Notes under the pieces: generated by a model
Databases searched by the model: none
Told to the model about the DNA's origin: nothing
The model's input: only the letters and a program-made list of their open reading frames with translations
In this document: piece by piece, positions 1 through 10,192 of the stretch
How positions within the stretch are numbered: position 1 is the first letter of the stretch
Layout: each line of letters starts with the position of its first letter
Translations under genes and position numbers: made by a program
From: Candidatus Falkowbacteria bacterium
GTDB taxonomy: Bacteria; Patescibacteriota; Patescibacteriia; UBA11705
Reading direction: 5' to 3'
Assembly: GCA_003518055.1 (NCBI GenBank)
Contig: DOZJ01000006.1
Location: 43,837 to 107,836 of the forward strand
Length of the DNA stretch: 64,000 nucleotides

Positions 1-36
1 ACTTCTTCCAGTTGTTATAGCTAATAATATTTTCAT
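1..36 (-). CDS. 5' end of an AT-rich gene running off the window (MKILLAITTGRS...)
   Basis: ATG on the minus strand at 36, open to the window edge; same strand and composition as 104..727. Confidence 0.45.
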   Translation of the reverse strand, partial: MKILLAITTGRS

Positions 37-103
37 GATAATCGATTTAATATACAATATTTATATATTTATTGTCACTATTTTTTGTTAATACCAAATA
101 TTT

Positions 104-727
104 TTATCTCGTTAAGTATTTCCCCGCTTCTTTTATTTTTTTAAAAAAATCTTCTTCAGTATTAACAAAATCAAAACCATATTTTTTTGATTCTTTGAAA
201 AAATATTCACCATAAACACTAACCATCTCCGATGCCCTCACTAACGATATTAGCTTTTTAACATGCCCAGTAATCCAATCTTGTTTGTCTTTATTAAGAT
301 TTAGACCGTTTAGTATTTTTCTTCGGTTAATTTTTCCCAGATATAGCACCCTATGTTTATTGGCCGACAATTTACAATCTTTTATATATCGAGGCAACAA
401 ATGAACACCTTCAACTATATAATCGTTATCTTTTTGCAAATTATATTTCATAAAATCACAAACCTCTTTGATCAAATATCTGGCCTCTGTTTTGTCGGCT
501 TTCAAAAAATCTTCTGGTTTATATATCCTAAAGCATTCATCCACCTTATCACCATTAAACATTCGTTCAAAAGGAAACACGGAATCTATTTTATTCGCTG
601 GAGTTTCTTTTGCCCTCCGAAACCTTAATTTATCAGTAGAATAGATGGGCACATTCAACTTTCTAGAAAGCATTTTTGCCAATTTAGTTTTACCACTTCT
701 TGGCGCACCGCCAATTATATAAAGCAT
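104..727 (-). CDS. P-loop kinase-like protein (2-phosphoglycerate kinase/NMP kinase-like), AT-rich
   Basis: N-terminal Walker A GAPRSGKT, then STD and IVEGVHLLP motifs; much more AT-rich than the core genes. Confidence 0.7.
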   Translation of the reverse strand: MLYIIGGAPRSGKTKLAKMLSRKLNVPIYSTDKLRFRRAKETPANKIDSVFPFERMFNGDKVDECFRIYKPEDFLKADKTEARYLIKEVCDFMKYNLQKDNDYIVEGVHLLPRYIKDCKLSANKHRVLYLGKINRRKILNGLNLNKDKQDWITGHVKKLISLVRASEMVSVYGEYFFKESKKYGFDFVNTEEDFFKKIKEAGKYLTR

Positions 728-877
728 AATATTTTTAAAAATAGATTTAGTATAAATAAATCATTTTCGGAGCGGAGAAAACACCATATACCCCTCTTTA
801 ATTAATGAAAAATAAATTTTAAAATTTTTTAAAACAATTGGGCGATAGCCCAAAAAAGAAAAGGAATATTTCAGATC

Positions 878-940
878 AACTGGTTTCTATCCGAACTTTT
901 GCCGGTTTAACACGTATAATTTGCTGGTTATACGAACTTA
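878..940. other. candidate recombination site of the adjacent tyrosine recombinase
   Basis: Inverted arms AACACGTATAA (909-919) and TTATACGAACT (928-938) around an 8-bp spacer; second arm-like copy TATCCGAACTT at 888-898. Confidence 0.5.
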
Positions 941-983
941 TGTTATTCTAATTATAGAATTATTATATCATTCGAGTATATTT

Positions 984-1799
984 ATGCAAAATTACCTTCA
1001 ACAGGTGGATGACGAGCTGAAATTGCGTCATTACAGTCTCAAAACCAGAGTGTCCTATTTGCGTTGTGTTCGTGATTATCTAGCTGTCTGCACTATAACA
1101 AAATCGGCTGGAGATATTGAATTAATTAGACAGTTTCTATTAACTAAATACGATAAAAATTACGCCTCTCAGACGGTTAATTTATATCTTAATGCCATAA
1201 AGTTTTTATATCGTGACGTCTTGAAATTACCATTCAAAATTGATATAAAATTCGCCAAGCGGGAGAAGCGTTTGCCGGTGGTTTTAACTCTGGCAGAAAT
1301 ACGATTGATTTTAGATAATATCGTGAATAATAAGCATCGGCTGATGATAGCGATCGCATATGGCGCCGGGCTTCGCGTGAGTGAAGTTCAGAAATTACAA
1401 ATAAAAGATGTGTTGTTTGATGAAATGCTGATCAAAGTCAATTTAGGGAAGGGTAATAAGGATCGATTTACTTTGCTGCCGGAAAAATTGATTGATGAGC
1501 TAAAATCTTTAGTCAGCGGAAAAGAATCTGGTGATTATGTTTTTGATAGTAATCGTGGAGGGAAATTATCAACCCGGTCCCTTGAAAAGGTGTTTTCCAA
1601 TGCCTTGAAGAAAGCAAACATTGCCAAAGATGCTACTTTTCATAGTTTGCGTCACAGCTTTGCCACCCATTTGCTCGAAGACGGGGTTGATATTCGGTAT
1701 GTGCAGGAATTATTGGGACATCAGAATATTCGCACGACGCAAATTTATACGCATGTGACTAATCCCAAGTTGAAAAATATTAGAAGTCCTTATGTCTAG
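984..1799 (+). CDS. tyrosine recombinase (XerD/IntI-related, N-terminal SAM-like domain), without the IntI-specific insertion
   Basis: Catalytic residues in GLRVSE, GKGNKDR, HSLRHSFATHLLE, LGH and TTQIYTH; ATG 984 preferred over TTG 921. Confidence 0.93.
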   Translation: MQNYLQQVDDELKLRHYSLKTRVSYLRCVRDYLAVCTITKSAGDIELIRQFLLTKYDKNYASQTVNLYLNAIKFLYRDVLKLPFKIDIKFAKREKRLPVVLTLAEIRLILDNIVNNKHRLMIAIAYGAGLRVSEVQKLQIKDVLFDEMLIKVNLGKGNKDRFTLLPEKLIDELKSLVSGKESGDYVFDSNRGGKLSTRSLEKVFSNALKKANIAKDATFHSLRHSFATHLLEDGVDIRYVQELLGHQNIRTTQIYTHVTNPKLKNIRSPYV

Positions 1800-1807
1800 G
1801 GGTAACT

Positions 1808-1880
1808 GGAACTACCCATGCACCACGGGGGTGCAGCCTGCCTGCCGGTAGGCAGGGGCGCAGCGGAAGTTTGGCTGGTT
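1808..1880 (+). repeat. composite repeat containing the 20-bp palindrome CCTGCCTGCCGGTAGGCAGG (1837-1856)
   Basis: Flanks (aactg.aactaccc ... ggcgc.gcggaagtttggc) are shared with 35755-35900. Confidence 0.85.
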
Positions 1881-1952
1881 GGGTTAGCTTTTACAAAAGT
1901 TTGGCGGGTGTAACCGGAAAAACGGAAGTTAGGCAGTCATGAGTTGGTTTTT

Positions 1953-2050
1953 ACTCGCCAGAGGACGAGTCTTCGCCAAAGGACGCACGCCAGAGGACGT
2001 GTCTTCGCCAAAGGACGAATGCGTCCTATGGCGCACGTCCTAAGGCGGAC
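1953..2050 (+). repeat. cluster of short CGCCA(A/G/T)AGGACG hairpin repeats
   Basis: Several direct and inverted copies; same family at 18691-18724 and 61860-61911. Confidence 0.8.
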
Positions 2051-2076
2051 AAAAGTTTGACGGGGAATAATTTATT

Positions 2077-3243
2077 ATGAAAAAAAAGAAAGTCATCGTC
2101 GTTGTCGGGCCGACCGCTTCCGGTAAGTCAAAGCTGGCTCATGAAATAGCCAAAAAATATGGCGGGTTTTTGGTTTCGGCGGATTCGAGGCAGGTTTATA
2201 GGGGGATGGATATTGGGACGAACAAAGATAGGGGTGTTACGAAATTACCCACCTACGCTCTTCGAGCTACGGCGGGCAGGCGAAAAATTACGAAACGTTA
2301 CGAAAACAAGGTAACTTTAACTACTGAAAATAGGAATATAGAATCTCAAATAACAAATCACAAATCTGTCCTGTCTCAAATTATAAATTACTTGCTACGA
2401 TTTACGAATTACGTATTACGAATCGCGAATCTCGAATCACGAATTACGAATAAACATTTTCTAATCGTTAACGGTGTTGAAGAATACATGGTTAATGTGG
2501 TGAAGCCGAATAAAAAGTTTAATCTGGATGATTGGCTGCGCGAAAGCAAGAAGATAATCCGCAATGATGACCGGTTGGCGGTGGTGGTGGGTGGGACGAT
2601 GTTGTATACCTCAGCGCTTGTTGATGGTTATGAGCTTCAGGGTGGATTTGATAAACTGTATCGTCGTGTATTGGAAAAACAGCTTGAAGCCGATGGTTTG
2701 CCGTCTTTGGTAAAAAGATTGATTGAGATTGATCCGGACGCGGACAAAAAAATTGATTTGAATAATTCACGACGAGTGATCAGAGCGCTTGAGTGGCACA
2801 AGCATGGCGGCAAAATTAAAAATAATCAACAAATTGAACCGGAATTTGAATTTTTGGTGTTGGGGAAATCTTTGCCGCGCGAAGAATTATACTTTAAGAT
2901 CGATAATCGAGTCAGGGAAATGATTGATGAAGGTTTGGTTGATGAAGTAAAATTTTTGATTAAAAAAGGTTACGAAAAAAACTCTCCAGCCATGACGGGG
3001 ATAGGGTATAGACAAATTGTGGATTTTTTGGAGGGGAAATACGACTTGAATGAGGCGGTTAGATTGATTCAGCGCGATACGCGGCATTATGCCAAACAGC
3101 AGTTGACATGGTATCGCCGAGATGGTACGATCCGTTGGATCAGTTCATTTGATGAAGCTAGAGGGTTCATCGACGAATTTTTAACCTCAAGATCAGGAGA
3201 ACATCATGGCCAAGTCAATCACGATCGCCGGGGAAAATCGTGA
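2077..3243 (+). CDS. miaA: tRNA dimethylallyltransferase with an in-frame repeat-derived insertion of about 70 aa
   Basis: GPTASGKS, SADSRQVYRGMDIGT, VGGTMLY, RRVIRALE, IGYRQ and TRHYAKQQLTW motifs. Confidence 0.95.
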   Translation: MKKKKVIVVVGPTASGKSKLAHEIAKKYGGFLVSADSRQVYRGMDIGTNKDRGVTKLPTYALRATAGRRKITKRYENKVTLTTENRNIESQITNHKSVLSQIINYLLRFTNYVLRIANLESRITNKHFLIVNGVEEYMVNVVKPNKKFNLDDWLRESKKIIRNDDRLAVVVGGTMLYTSALVDGYELQGGFDKLYRRVLEKQLEADGLPSLVKRLIEIDPDADKKIDLNNSRRVIRALEWHKHGGKIKNNQQIEPEFEFLVLGKSLPREELYFKIDNRVREMIDEGLVDEVKFLIKKGYEKNSPAMTGIGYRQIVDFLEGKYDLNEAVRLIQRDTRHYAKQQLTWYRRDGTIRWISSFDEARGFIDEFLTSRSGEHHGQVNHDRRGKS

Positions 3244-3586
3244 AGTCGATTGTAAACCGGGCGGGAATCATTACAATCGGTATATGTTTGTGTCGACGGT
3301 TGAAGAGCTTGAAGCTGACGGCAGATTTGATCCGGATGGTTATGTTTGTTCATACGACGGATATTTGGTTCGAAAAGATGGGGATGAATTTATCGTCAGT
3401 GTCCGGCGGATGGATCAAGGTGGGGTGTGGGAAGATTTGACGTTTGACGTGTCGGTGCTGGCTGATAATCTGCGGTTTGGACGAGGAACAGATGTGATCG
3501 TGCATGTTGGCCTCAAGAATGGTCAGTGGGATGCTTACGTGGAAATGGTTTGTCCCGAACAAATGCGGGCGCCGATCGGGAGGTGA
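3206..3586 (+). CDS. hypothetical protein (orphan), overlapping the 3' end of miaA
   Basis: AGGAG SD upstream of the ATG; 126 aa; coupled to the next gene. Confidence 0.7.
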   Translation: MAKSITIAGENREVDCKPGGNHYNRYMFVSTVEELEADGRFDPDGYVCSYDGYLVRKDGDEFIVSVRRMDQGGVWEDLTFDVSVLADNLRFGRGTDVIVHVGLKNGQWDAYVEMVCPEQMRAPIGR

Positions 3587-3951
3587 TGATGGACGCGCAG
3601 AAGAAGGTGGTCTTCTTGATTGAAGATGATGAATCTGTGGTTCGTTCGTTGAAGCGAAATTTGGAGGATCGCGGTTATGAAGTAATCGCGGCTTTGACTC
3701 AATTGGTGGCGATTGATTGGTTCGCTGTTCATCGTGACAGGCTTGATATTATCCTGCTCGATGCATGCGTGCCGGGGAATAGAATCAATACCATTCCATT
3801 GCTTAAACATTTTCGGACCAGTGGTTATGACGGCCGGGTAATCGCGGTTTCCAATGATCATGATTTTAATGTGGCATTGCTGCAGGCTGGGGCGACCGGT
3901 TGGTGTTATAAAAATGAAATTCTAAAACGCTGGGACTCTTTTTGGGGATGA
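3586..3951 (+). CDS. single-domain response regulator receiver (CheY-like)
   Basis: VFLIEDD, IILLD phosphoacceptor, IAVS and a conserved Lys; GGAGG SD; terminator hairpin at 3953-3977. Confidence 0.85.
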   Translation: MMDAQKKVVFLIEDDESVVRSLKRNLEDRGYEVIAALTQLVAIDWFAVHRDRLDIILLDACVPGNRINTIPLLKHFRTSGYDGRVIAVSNDHDFNVALLQAGATGWCYKNEILKRWDSFWG

Positions 3952-4008
3952 GAAAAGACGCGAAAGACGTCTTTTTTGCTTAAAATTAGTTAAAATACGC
4001 AGTTATTT

Positions 4009-4037
4009 TTGACAGTTTTTAAATATTATGTTATAAT
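4009..4037 (+). promoter_or_regulatory. sigma70 promoter, perfect consensus
   Basis: TTGACA-17-TATAAT with extended -10 TG. Confidence 0.85.
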
Positions 4038-4083
4038 TATTTGTCGTTCAGAAGTCAGTTCAACAACAGGGCTGGAGGTCAGC

Positions 4084-4740
4084 ATGAGCGTTGGCTGGAT
4101 CATGACAATTGATGTGATTTTGGTGGTAGAGTTTTTGATTATGATTTTTAGCTCTTCAGCTCCACAGATTCTGAATGATTTGTGTCCCGGTCTGCCTTTG
4201 ACCAGGCCTAATCGGTTCTATTCATTTCGATGGTTGTTCCGGGTGGCATTTATTGTGTGTTTTGGACTGTTTGTTTTTTCGTCGTTGTATGTTGAGTACG
4301 ATTCGTCTTTGCAAACAGTATTGGTCAAGAATGACAACAGTGTAGTGGAAGCTGGTATTGCTTGGTGCGGTAACGACTGCGTCAACGTCTATGACGAATA
4401 TGAAATTGACAACTATGTTCAGTTTCATGATCGATGCGCTTTCCGTTTTACTGTCCAAGCGCAAATTTCTTTGAATCACTTGCAGGCTTTCGCTGGTTTG
4501 TTTGAGTTCGAGGGTAGACTAGCGCCGCAGACGAAGGCTGAATCATACTGGATTTTGCGCCCGAGCTTCTATCAGTCAATTGAAGCTACCGAGCAGATGC
4601 TAATTGGGCGGTATGGTAGTGTGCCTTGTGATCAATTGCCTATGATGGAGATTGCAGGTGCAATCTACGATCATTTGAATCGGCAGCTCCACACCTTTGG
4701 ATATAAGTTGAATGGTTTGCCAGTAATTAGCTGGGAATAA
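4084..4740 (+). CDS. hypothetical membrane protein (2 N-terminal TM segments)
   Basis: GGAGG at 4074-4078 places the start at ATG 4084; own promoter; bidirectional terminator at 4741-4770. Confidence 0.7.
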   Translation: MSVGWIMTIDVILVVEFLIMIFSSSAPQILNDLCPGLPLTRPNRFYSFRWLFRVAFIVCFGLFVFSSLYVEYDSSLQTVLVKNDNSVVEAGIAWCGNDCVNVYDEYEIDNYVQFHDRCAFRFTVQAQISLNHLQAFAGLFEFEGRLAPQTKAESYWILRPSFYQSIEATEQMLIGRYGSVPCDQLPMMEIAGAIYDHLNRQLHTFGYKLNGLPVISWE

Positions 4741-4792
4741 AAAAATAGACGTTAAAACGCGTCTTTTTTGGTTGAGAATTTTGAAATTGATT

Positions 4793-6046
4793 TTATTCAT
4801 GCCGGAGAGCATCGATCGGATTCATCGCCGCAGCTTTTTTGGCCGGATACAAGCCAAAGACCAAGCCGACAATCGTACTCATGGCGGTGGCGAGAATAAT
4901 ACCGGAAACGGAAATGGAGAATTCCCAATCAAAACCCTGAGACTTGGCACCAACGGAAATCAAAGCGGATAAAAGCAAGCCGAAGATTATGCCGATGACT
5001 GCGCCGATCAGGGTAATGATTACGGCTTCGAATAAAAATTGCCAGAGAATATTACGGCTTTTGGCGCCGAGCGCTTTGCGCAGACCGATTTCAAAGGTTC
5101 TCTCGGTGACGGAAACATACATGATATTCATAATGCCCACTCCACCGACAACGAGTGAGATTGAACCGAGCATGACTAGCAGAAATTGCAATCCAACGAT
5201 AATGACGTCGATCATTTCCATGGCTTGATCCATGGTGGTGACGGCAAAATCATCACGGTCCGGATCAGTAATGTCATGCAATTCGCGCATGGTGAATTTA
5301 AAATCTTCAGCGGTTTCAGCGGCCAGAGAGTTATCAATCAGCTGGATAGTCATGAAACTGACATAATCAACACCGAGCAGCTTTTTTTGCAGGGTTCGAA
5401 CCGGGACGAAAATCATGTTATCCATATCAAAGGCGAATGAAGCACCGCGTTCTTTCATTGTCCCGATAACAATAAATTTTTCTTTGCCCACTTTAATCGA
5501 TTTGCCGATCGGATCATTGTCGCCAAAGAGGTTTGTTTTGACTTTTGACCCGAGAACCGCCACTTTGGCCAAGCCTTTGTTTTCATCCGAGTCAAAGAAT
5601 CGGCCGGCCTCAACCTGACCGGTATCAATTTTGACAAAATCAGCATTGGTACCAAAGAGAAATACTTTTTTAATTTCATTTTGATAATTAACGATTTCCT
5701 GGCCCATGATGGCGGTGTAATACGCGCTGACATTTGGGTGTTTGGCCAATTCTTCGGCGTCGCTTTCTTTCATCGTGGTGATCGTGGCGCCGCCAACCAT
5801 ACTGAAAGTGTTTTCCGTTGAGGTTTGCGAAGTTGATGGAGTTTTGACTTCAATTTGGATATAGTTTGAGCCAAACGCTTCAATTTCACCGATAATCAAT
5901 CCTTTGATCGCTTGACCGGCTGATAAAACGGTGATGACGGCGGTGATGCCGATCACGATTCCGATCACGGTCAAAAGAGTCCGCAGTTTATTGTGGAGCA
6001 GGCTTTGTTTGGCGATGCGCAGACTGGATGCAAATATGTTATTCAT
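4793..6046 (-). CDS. MacB/FtsX-family ABC transporter permease
   Basis: RTLLTVIGIVIGI, GGVGIMNIM, ERTFEIGLRKALGA and YPAKKAA motifs. Confidence 0.93.
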   Translation of the reverse strand: MNNIFASSLRIAKQSLLHNKLRTLLTVIGIVIGITAVITVLSAGQAIKGLIIGEIEAFGSNYIQIEVKTPSTSQTSTENTFSMVGGATITTMKESDAEELAKHPNVSAYYTAIMGQEIVNYQNEIKKVFLFGTNADFVKIDTGQVEAGRFFDSDENKGLAKVAVLGSKVKTNLFGDNDPIGKSIKVGKEKFIVIGTMKERGASFAFDMDNMIFVPVRTLQKKLLGVDYVSFMTIQLIDNSLAAETAEDFKFTMRELHDITDPDRDDFAVTTMDQAMEMIDVIIVGLQFLLVMLGSISLVVGGVGIMNIMYVSVTERTFEIGLRKALGAKSRNILWQFLFEAVIITLIGAVIGIIFGLLLSALISVGAKSQGFDWEFSISVSGIILATAMSTIVGLVFGLYPAKKAAAMNPIDALRHE

Positions 6047-7274
6047 ATCGAAGGGCGGTTATGGGGTCGTAGCCGGCGGCTTTGCGCGCGGGGTAAACGC
6101 CGAATGATAAGCCGATGATTAGGGCAAATAAGCTGGAGATGATAATGGAGGTCGGGGTAATGACAAAATCCCAGTCATAGTCAAAGCTGTTAACGCCAAG
6201 AGAGACAAGAAAAGCGAAAAAAATACCAATTAGCATTCCGATAATCGCGCCGAGGAAAGTGATGATGACGGTTTCAATCAGAAATTGGGTGGTGATATTA
6301 GCGCTGGTCGCGCCAACGGCTTTGCGCAGTCCGATTTCGCGGATTCTTTCGGTTACCGCCGCCAGCATGATATTCATAATACCAATACCGCCGACGATGA
6401 GAGAAATACCGGCGATCGCAACCAGAAATAAATTGAGCGCGCCTGTGACCGTGCCCAAGACTGCCAAGGCACTGTCGGTGCTGCTGACGGTAAAATCATC
6501 TTCTTTGGGGTTGCTGATGTCGTGGCGGTCTCGCAGCAATTCTTCGATGGCGCCAATTGTTTCGGCAATATTATCTTGGCTGTCAACTTTGAATCGGGCA
6601 AAACCGATATAGTCAATGCCGAGAATTCTCTTTTGAGTCGTGGTGATGGGAATAAAAACAGCATTATCCACGTTTTGGAAGCCGACCGTACCTTGGCTCT
6701 TCATGGTGCCGATAATGGTATATTGATCTTGGCGGATTTTAATTTTTTGGCCGATCGCGTTTTGGCCGTTGAATAAATCGTCGGCGGCCTGCGACCCGAG
6801 CACCGCCACTCTGGCAGCGGCGGCTTTGTCTTCGAGGGTTAGAAAATGACCGGAGTCGGTCGATGTCTCACTGATATCGGGATAGTCAGGATCAACGCCA
6901 AAAACAGACACCGTGGTTTTTTGGCTGCCGGTGGTGATGATTTCAGTTGAGGTTAAATAGGCGGAGCCGGCGGAGATGTGGGGAATTTGATCTTTGATCG
7001 CTTGAACATCCGCCTCTTTCAAAGTGGTGATAACCACACCAAAGACCGCGGCCGGCGGGCCGTCTTCTTCTGAGGCTCCGGGAAGGACGCCAATAATATT
7101 TGAGCCAATACCCTGAATTTGATTGACAATCAAACTCTCCGCTCCGGCCACCAGCGACGTAATTAAGATAACCGAAGATATCCCAATGATAATTCCCAGC
7201 ATGGTTAAAAAAGAGCGCATTTTGTTGACGCGCAGATTTTTGAGAGACATTTTTATGGTGTCGGTGATGAGCAT
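6039..7274 (-). CDS. MacB/FtsX-family ABC transporter permease
   Basis: [22 protein letters not shown] and [14 protein letters not shown] motifs. Confidence 0.93.
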   Translation of the reverse strand: MLITDTIKMSLKNLRVNKMRSFLTMLGIIIGISSVILITSLVAGAESLIVNQIQGIGSNIIGVLPGASEEDGPPAAVFGVVITTLKEADVQAIKDQIPHISAGSAYLTSTEIITTGSQKTTVSVFGVDPDYPDISETSTDSGHFLTLEDKAAAARVAVLGSQAADDLFNGQNAIGQKIKIRQDQYTIIGTMKSQGTVGFQNVDNAVFIPITTTQKRILGIDYIGFARFKVDSQDNIAETIGAIEELLRDRHDISNPKEDDFTVSSTDSALAVLGTVTGALNLFLVAIAGISLIVGGIGIMNIMLAAVTERIREIGLRKAVGATSANITTQFLIETVIITFLGAIIGMLIGIFFAFLVSLGVNSFDYDWDFVITPTSIIISSLFALIIGLSFGVYPARKAAGYDPITALRYE

Positions 7275-7378
7275 AAGCGAAATCTTTTATTTTGTGAGCC
7301 CCGCGGATTATGGTCAAATACGAGCAGGTTGCTGCTGAGCTTGACGGCTTATAGAGGCTGCTTCGTCTGGCAGTTAAT

Positions 7379-7519
7379 GGAGGCTGCCACGCCTGCCTGC
7401 CGGCAGGCAGGGAGTTACTGCGTTGAGGCGAAGATCGAAGCCGGGTGGAGGCTGCCGCGGCGTTACTGCGTTGAGGCGAAGATCGAAGCTGGGTGGAGGC
7501 TGCCGCGGCGTTACTGCGT
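7379..7519 (+). repeat. 48-bp tandem repeat (about 2.5 copies); copy 1 is interrupted by the 20-bp palindrome (7392-7411)
   Basis: Units start at 7379, 7447 and 7495 (spacings 68 = 48+20, and 48). Confidence 0.9.
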
Positions 7520-7543
7520 ACGCCTCGCAGCAAAAGAAAGAGA

Positions 7544-8266
7544 TTATTTTATCAGTTCATCGCCATCTTTTATCTCAATGTGGTTGGCGACTTGGAGATC
7601 TTCTTCGACCAAGCCATCTTTGATTTTGATAATACGGTGCGCGTGTTCGGCCGTGTATTTTTCGTGCGTGACGAGAATGATGGTTTTGCCTCGTTTGTTC
7701 AGGGTTTGGAGGATGCGCATGACTTGGCCGCCGGTTTTGGAGTCCAGGTTGCCGGTCGGTTCGTCGGCAAAAATCAAGGCCGGATCGTTCACCAAGGCGC
7801 GGGCGATTGCAACGCGCTGTTTTTCGCCGCCGGAGAGCTGGTTGGATAAATTATTTATTCGGTGGTTGAGGCCGACGGCGGCGATCGCTTGTTTGACTTT
7901 GGCGGTGATATCACCGGGGTTTTGGGCGTAGCTGAGGGGAAGTTTGACATTATCAAAGACTGAGGTTCGTGGCAGCAAATTGAAAGATTGAAAAACAAAT
8001 CCAATGTCAAAATTTCGATATTCCGCCATTTGATCATCTGATAGATTTGACGTGTCCACGCCTTTGAAAATATATTTGCCGGTGGTTAATTTATCAAGAA
8101 AACCCATAATGTGCATTAGCGTTGATTTACCGGAACCGGATGGACCCATGATGGCGACAAACTCGCCTTCGTCAATATTAAAAGAGACACCATGGAGAAC
8201 CTTGGTGACTATTTCGTCGTTTTCGTATTGTTTTTTTAGGTCGATTACTTTGAGCAATTCGGTCAT
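7544..8266 (-). CDS. ABC transporter ATP-binding protein (MacB/LolD type)
   Basis: [26 protein letters not shown] and VTHE motifs. Confidence 0.95.
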   Translation of the reverse strand: MTELLKVIDLKKQYENDEIVTKVLHGVSFNIDEGEFVAIMGPSGSGKSTLMHIMGFLDKLTTGKYIFKGVDTSNLSDDQMAEYRNFDIGFVFQSFNLLPRTSVFDNVKLPLSYAQNPGDITAKVKQAIAAVGLNHRINNLSNQLSGGEKQRVAIARALVNDPALIFADEPTGNLDSKTGGQVMRILQTLNKRGKTIILVTHEKYTAEHAHRIIKIKDGLVEEDLQVANHIEIKDGDELIK

Positions 8267-8268
8267 AA

Positions 8269-10113
8269 TTACTCTTCTTTTATAAAGGTGACGATGGTTT
8301 CGCCTTCTTCCAGACCGCTGATGATTTCAATCAAACCATTGTCGGCGCGGAGACCGGTTTGCACCTCTACCTCATGAATTTTTTCGCCGTCAAGAACACG
8401 GACGATTTTTTTGTCGTCTTGGTCAATGATGGCGCGTCTGGGGATAAACAAAATATTATTTTTGCTGGCTGTGCGAATGGTGACGTTGGCGGTCATGCCG
8501 GGTTTGATGTCTTGATCAAATTTATCGAATAAAATGGTGACGCGGTAATAAATTACGTCCTGAATGACGGTTTCGGCCGGTTCAATTTCAGACACCGAAC
8601 CGGTGAATAAAACATCTTCACCGTAGGCGTCGAGGGTGATGTCCACTTGGTTATCGACGTGAATTTTGGTAATGTCGGTTTCGGAAATATCAACGGTGAT
8701 TTTGTAGCCATTGTCATTGATGAGCGAGACAGCGGTTTCGGTGGCAGAGATATTTTCTCCCGGATCAAAGTTGATTTTGCTGATGAGGCCGTCAATCGGT
8801 GCTTTGAGCATGGTATCTTCGTAATTTTCAGCGGCTAAATTATAGGCGGCGGCCAGATTTTCCATCTGCGCTTGATAGGCTTTGACATCATAAGATCGGG
8901 CAGGTGCGGTTTTGAACTCAAGCTGGGCTTTGGTCAGCTCCCACGAGGCTTTGGCGCTGTTGACCTGATTCTCAGCTGCGAGAAGGGAGGAATCTCGCGT
9001 GGCGGCAGCTGAATTGTAATTGGCTTCGGCGATCGCGACGGCCTGCTCAGATGTGACAACACTGGCGTCGTAAGAATTGAGATTGCTGACCCGATCGAGT
9101 CGAGCGTCAAGGAGATTTTGTCGGGCAGTTTCAAGGGTTGAAAGATCGGCGGCAACAGTTGAAAGCTGGGTTGCCACGGCGGTTTTGTAGGCGGAAATAT
9201 CAGATGAAGTCAGATTGCTTGAGGGATAAGTGTTGACCAAAACTTGATATAAATTGCTCATTTCAGAATGAGTGGCGGAAACGGCATTAACCGCGGCGTT
9301 GATGGTCGTCAAAATGGTTTCGGCCGGAGAGTCGATGGTGGTGGTGGCCGCGGCGTTTAGTGCTTGGTTGACTAGATTTTTGGCCAAGGTGTAAGAAAGT
9401 GATTCATCGTTCAAAGCTTGAGGATCGGCCAAGCCAAAATAGCCGGAGTTGGCGTCTTCTTTGATTTCTTTGGCTTTGCCAAGTGCCACTTCGGAGTTAG
9501 CCAAAGCGATGGCGGTTTTGGCAAGAGCAATATTGGTGTAGTTTATCACCGCTTGTTCCTGATTGTTTGTGGTATCACCCAAACTTTGTCTCGCTTCATC
9601 TAGGTCGGCTTGGGCTTTGACCAATGATTCATATGAAGCGGTCAGGTCGCTCGCGGTTTTTTGTTGGACGATTAACAAATTTCTTTCCGCGTTTTGGAAT
9701 TCAATATAGGCTTGATCAACGGTTTTTTGGGATACGTTGATATCTTCAGGACTGGCGCCGGCAATAATTTTTTGAAGATTGGCTTCAGCCTGCTTCAAGC
9801 TAGCGGCCGCTTGGGACTTTTGAAAACCGTTTTTGCTGCCGTTGAGGATAGCCAAGATGTCGCCGCGTTTTACTAAGTCACCGACGCGAACTTTGTTCTC
9901 CACCAGTTGCCCGCCTGTTTGGAAGTGCAGATCGATATCAACGGCGGCTTCAACCGAGCCGGTAGCATCAACCGTTTGTTCGAGCGTGCCTTTGGCCACG
10001 ATGGCGGTTGAGTATTCAATTTTCGGCTGGCCGGACATGGACGCAAAAACGATTATAACCACGATGATTACAATTAGGATCAGCCACCAGAGTTTTTTGA
10101 GAAGAAATTTCAT
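8269..10113 (-). CDS. efflux membrane-fusion/adaptor protein (MacA/HlyD family) with a very long coiled coil
   Basis: N-terminal TM, lipoyl-like halves (VRVGDLVKRG, LKAPIDG), PGMTANV; in the ABC operon. Confidence 0.88.
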   Translation of the reverse strand: MKFLLKKLWWLILIVIIVVIIVFASMSGQPKIEYSTAIVAKGTLEQTVDATGSVEAAVDIDLHFQTGGQLVENKVRVGDLVKRGDILAILNGSKNGFQKSQAAASLKQAEANLQKIIAGASPEDINVSQKTVDQAYIEFQNAERNLLIVQQKTASDLTASYESLVKAQADLDEARQSLGDTTNNQEQAVINYTNIALAKTAIALANSEVALGKAKEIKEDANSGYFGLADPQALNDESLSYTLAKNLVNQALNAAATTTIDSPAETILTTINAAVNAVSATHSEMSNLYQVLVNTYPSSNLTSSDISAYKTAVATQLSTVAADLSTLETARQNLLDARLDRVSNLNSYDASVVTSEQAVAIAEANYNSAAATRDSSLLAAENQVNSAKASWELTKAQLEFKTAPARSYDVKAYQAQMENLAAAYNLAAENYEDTMLKAPIDGLISKINFDPGENISATETAVSLINDNGYKITVDISETDITKIHVDNQVDITLDAYGEDVLFTGSVSEIEPAETVIQDVIYYRVTILFDKFDQDIKPGMTANVTIRTASKNNILFIPRRAIIDQDDKKIVRVLDGEKIHEVEVQTGLRADNGLIEIISGLEEGETIVTFIKEE

Positions 10114-10192
10114 AATTACAAATCTACGAATATTACAAATACTGCAAATACATGGAAGAAGAGTCTGAAATCGTATCCAAAAGTTAATAATA

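Noticed and set aside
907-941. True loxP site or vector contamination
   Set aside because: Only one arm resembles loxP, the spacing differs, and the context is native.
984-1799. Canonical integron integrase intI
   Set aside because: It lacks the IntI-specific insertion after the KDR patch, and no clear attC was found in the window.
2236-2460. Intein or intron in miaA
   Set aside because: No Cys/Ser...His-Asn splice motifs or group I/II intron features; the insert consists of local DNA repeats.
6943-7931. ORFs 6943..7533(-) and 7329..7931(+), or a CRISPR at the 48-bp repeat
   Set aside because: The frames are by-products of a 48-bp tandem repeat and overlap real ABC genes; there are no spacers.
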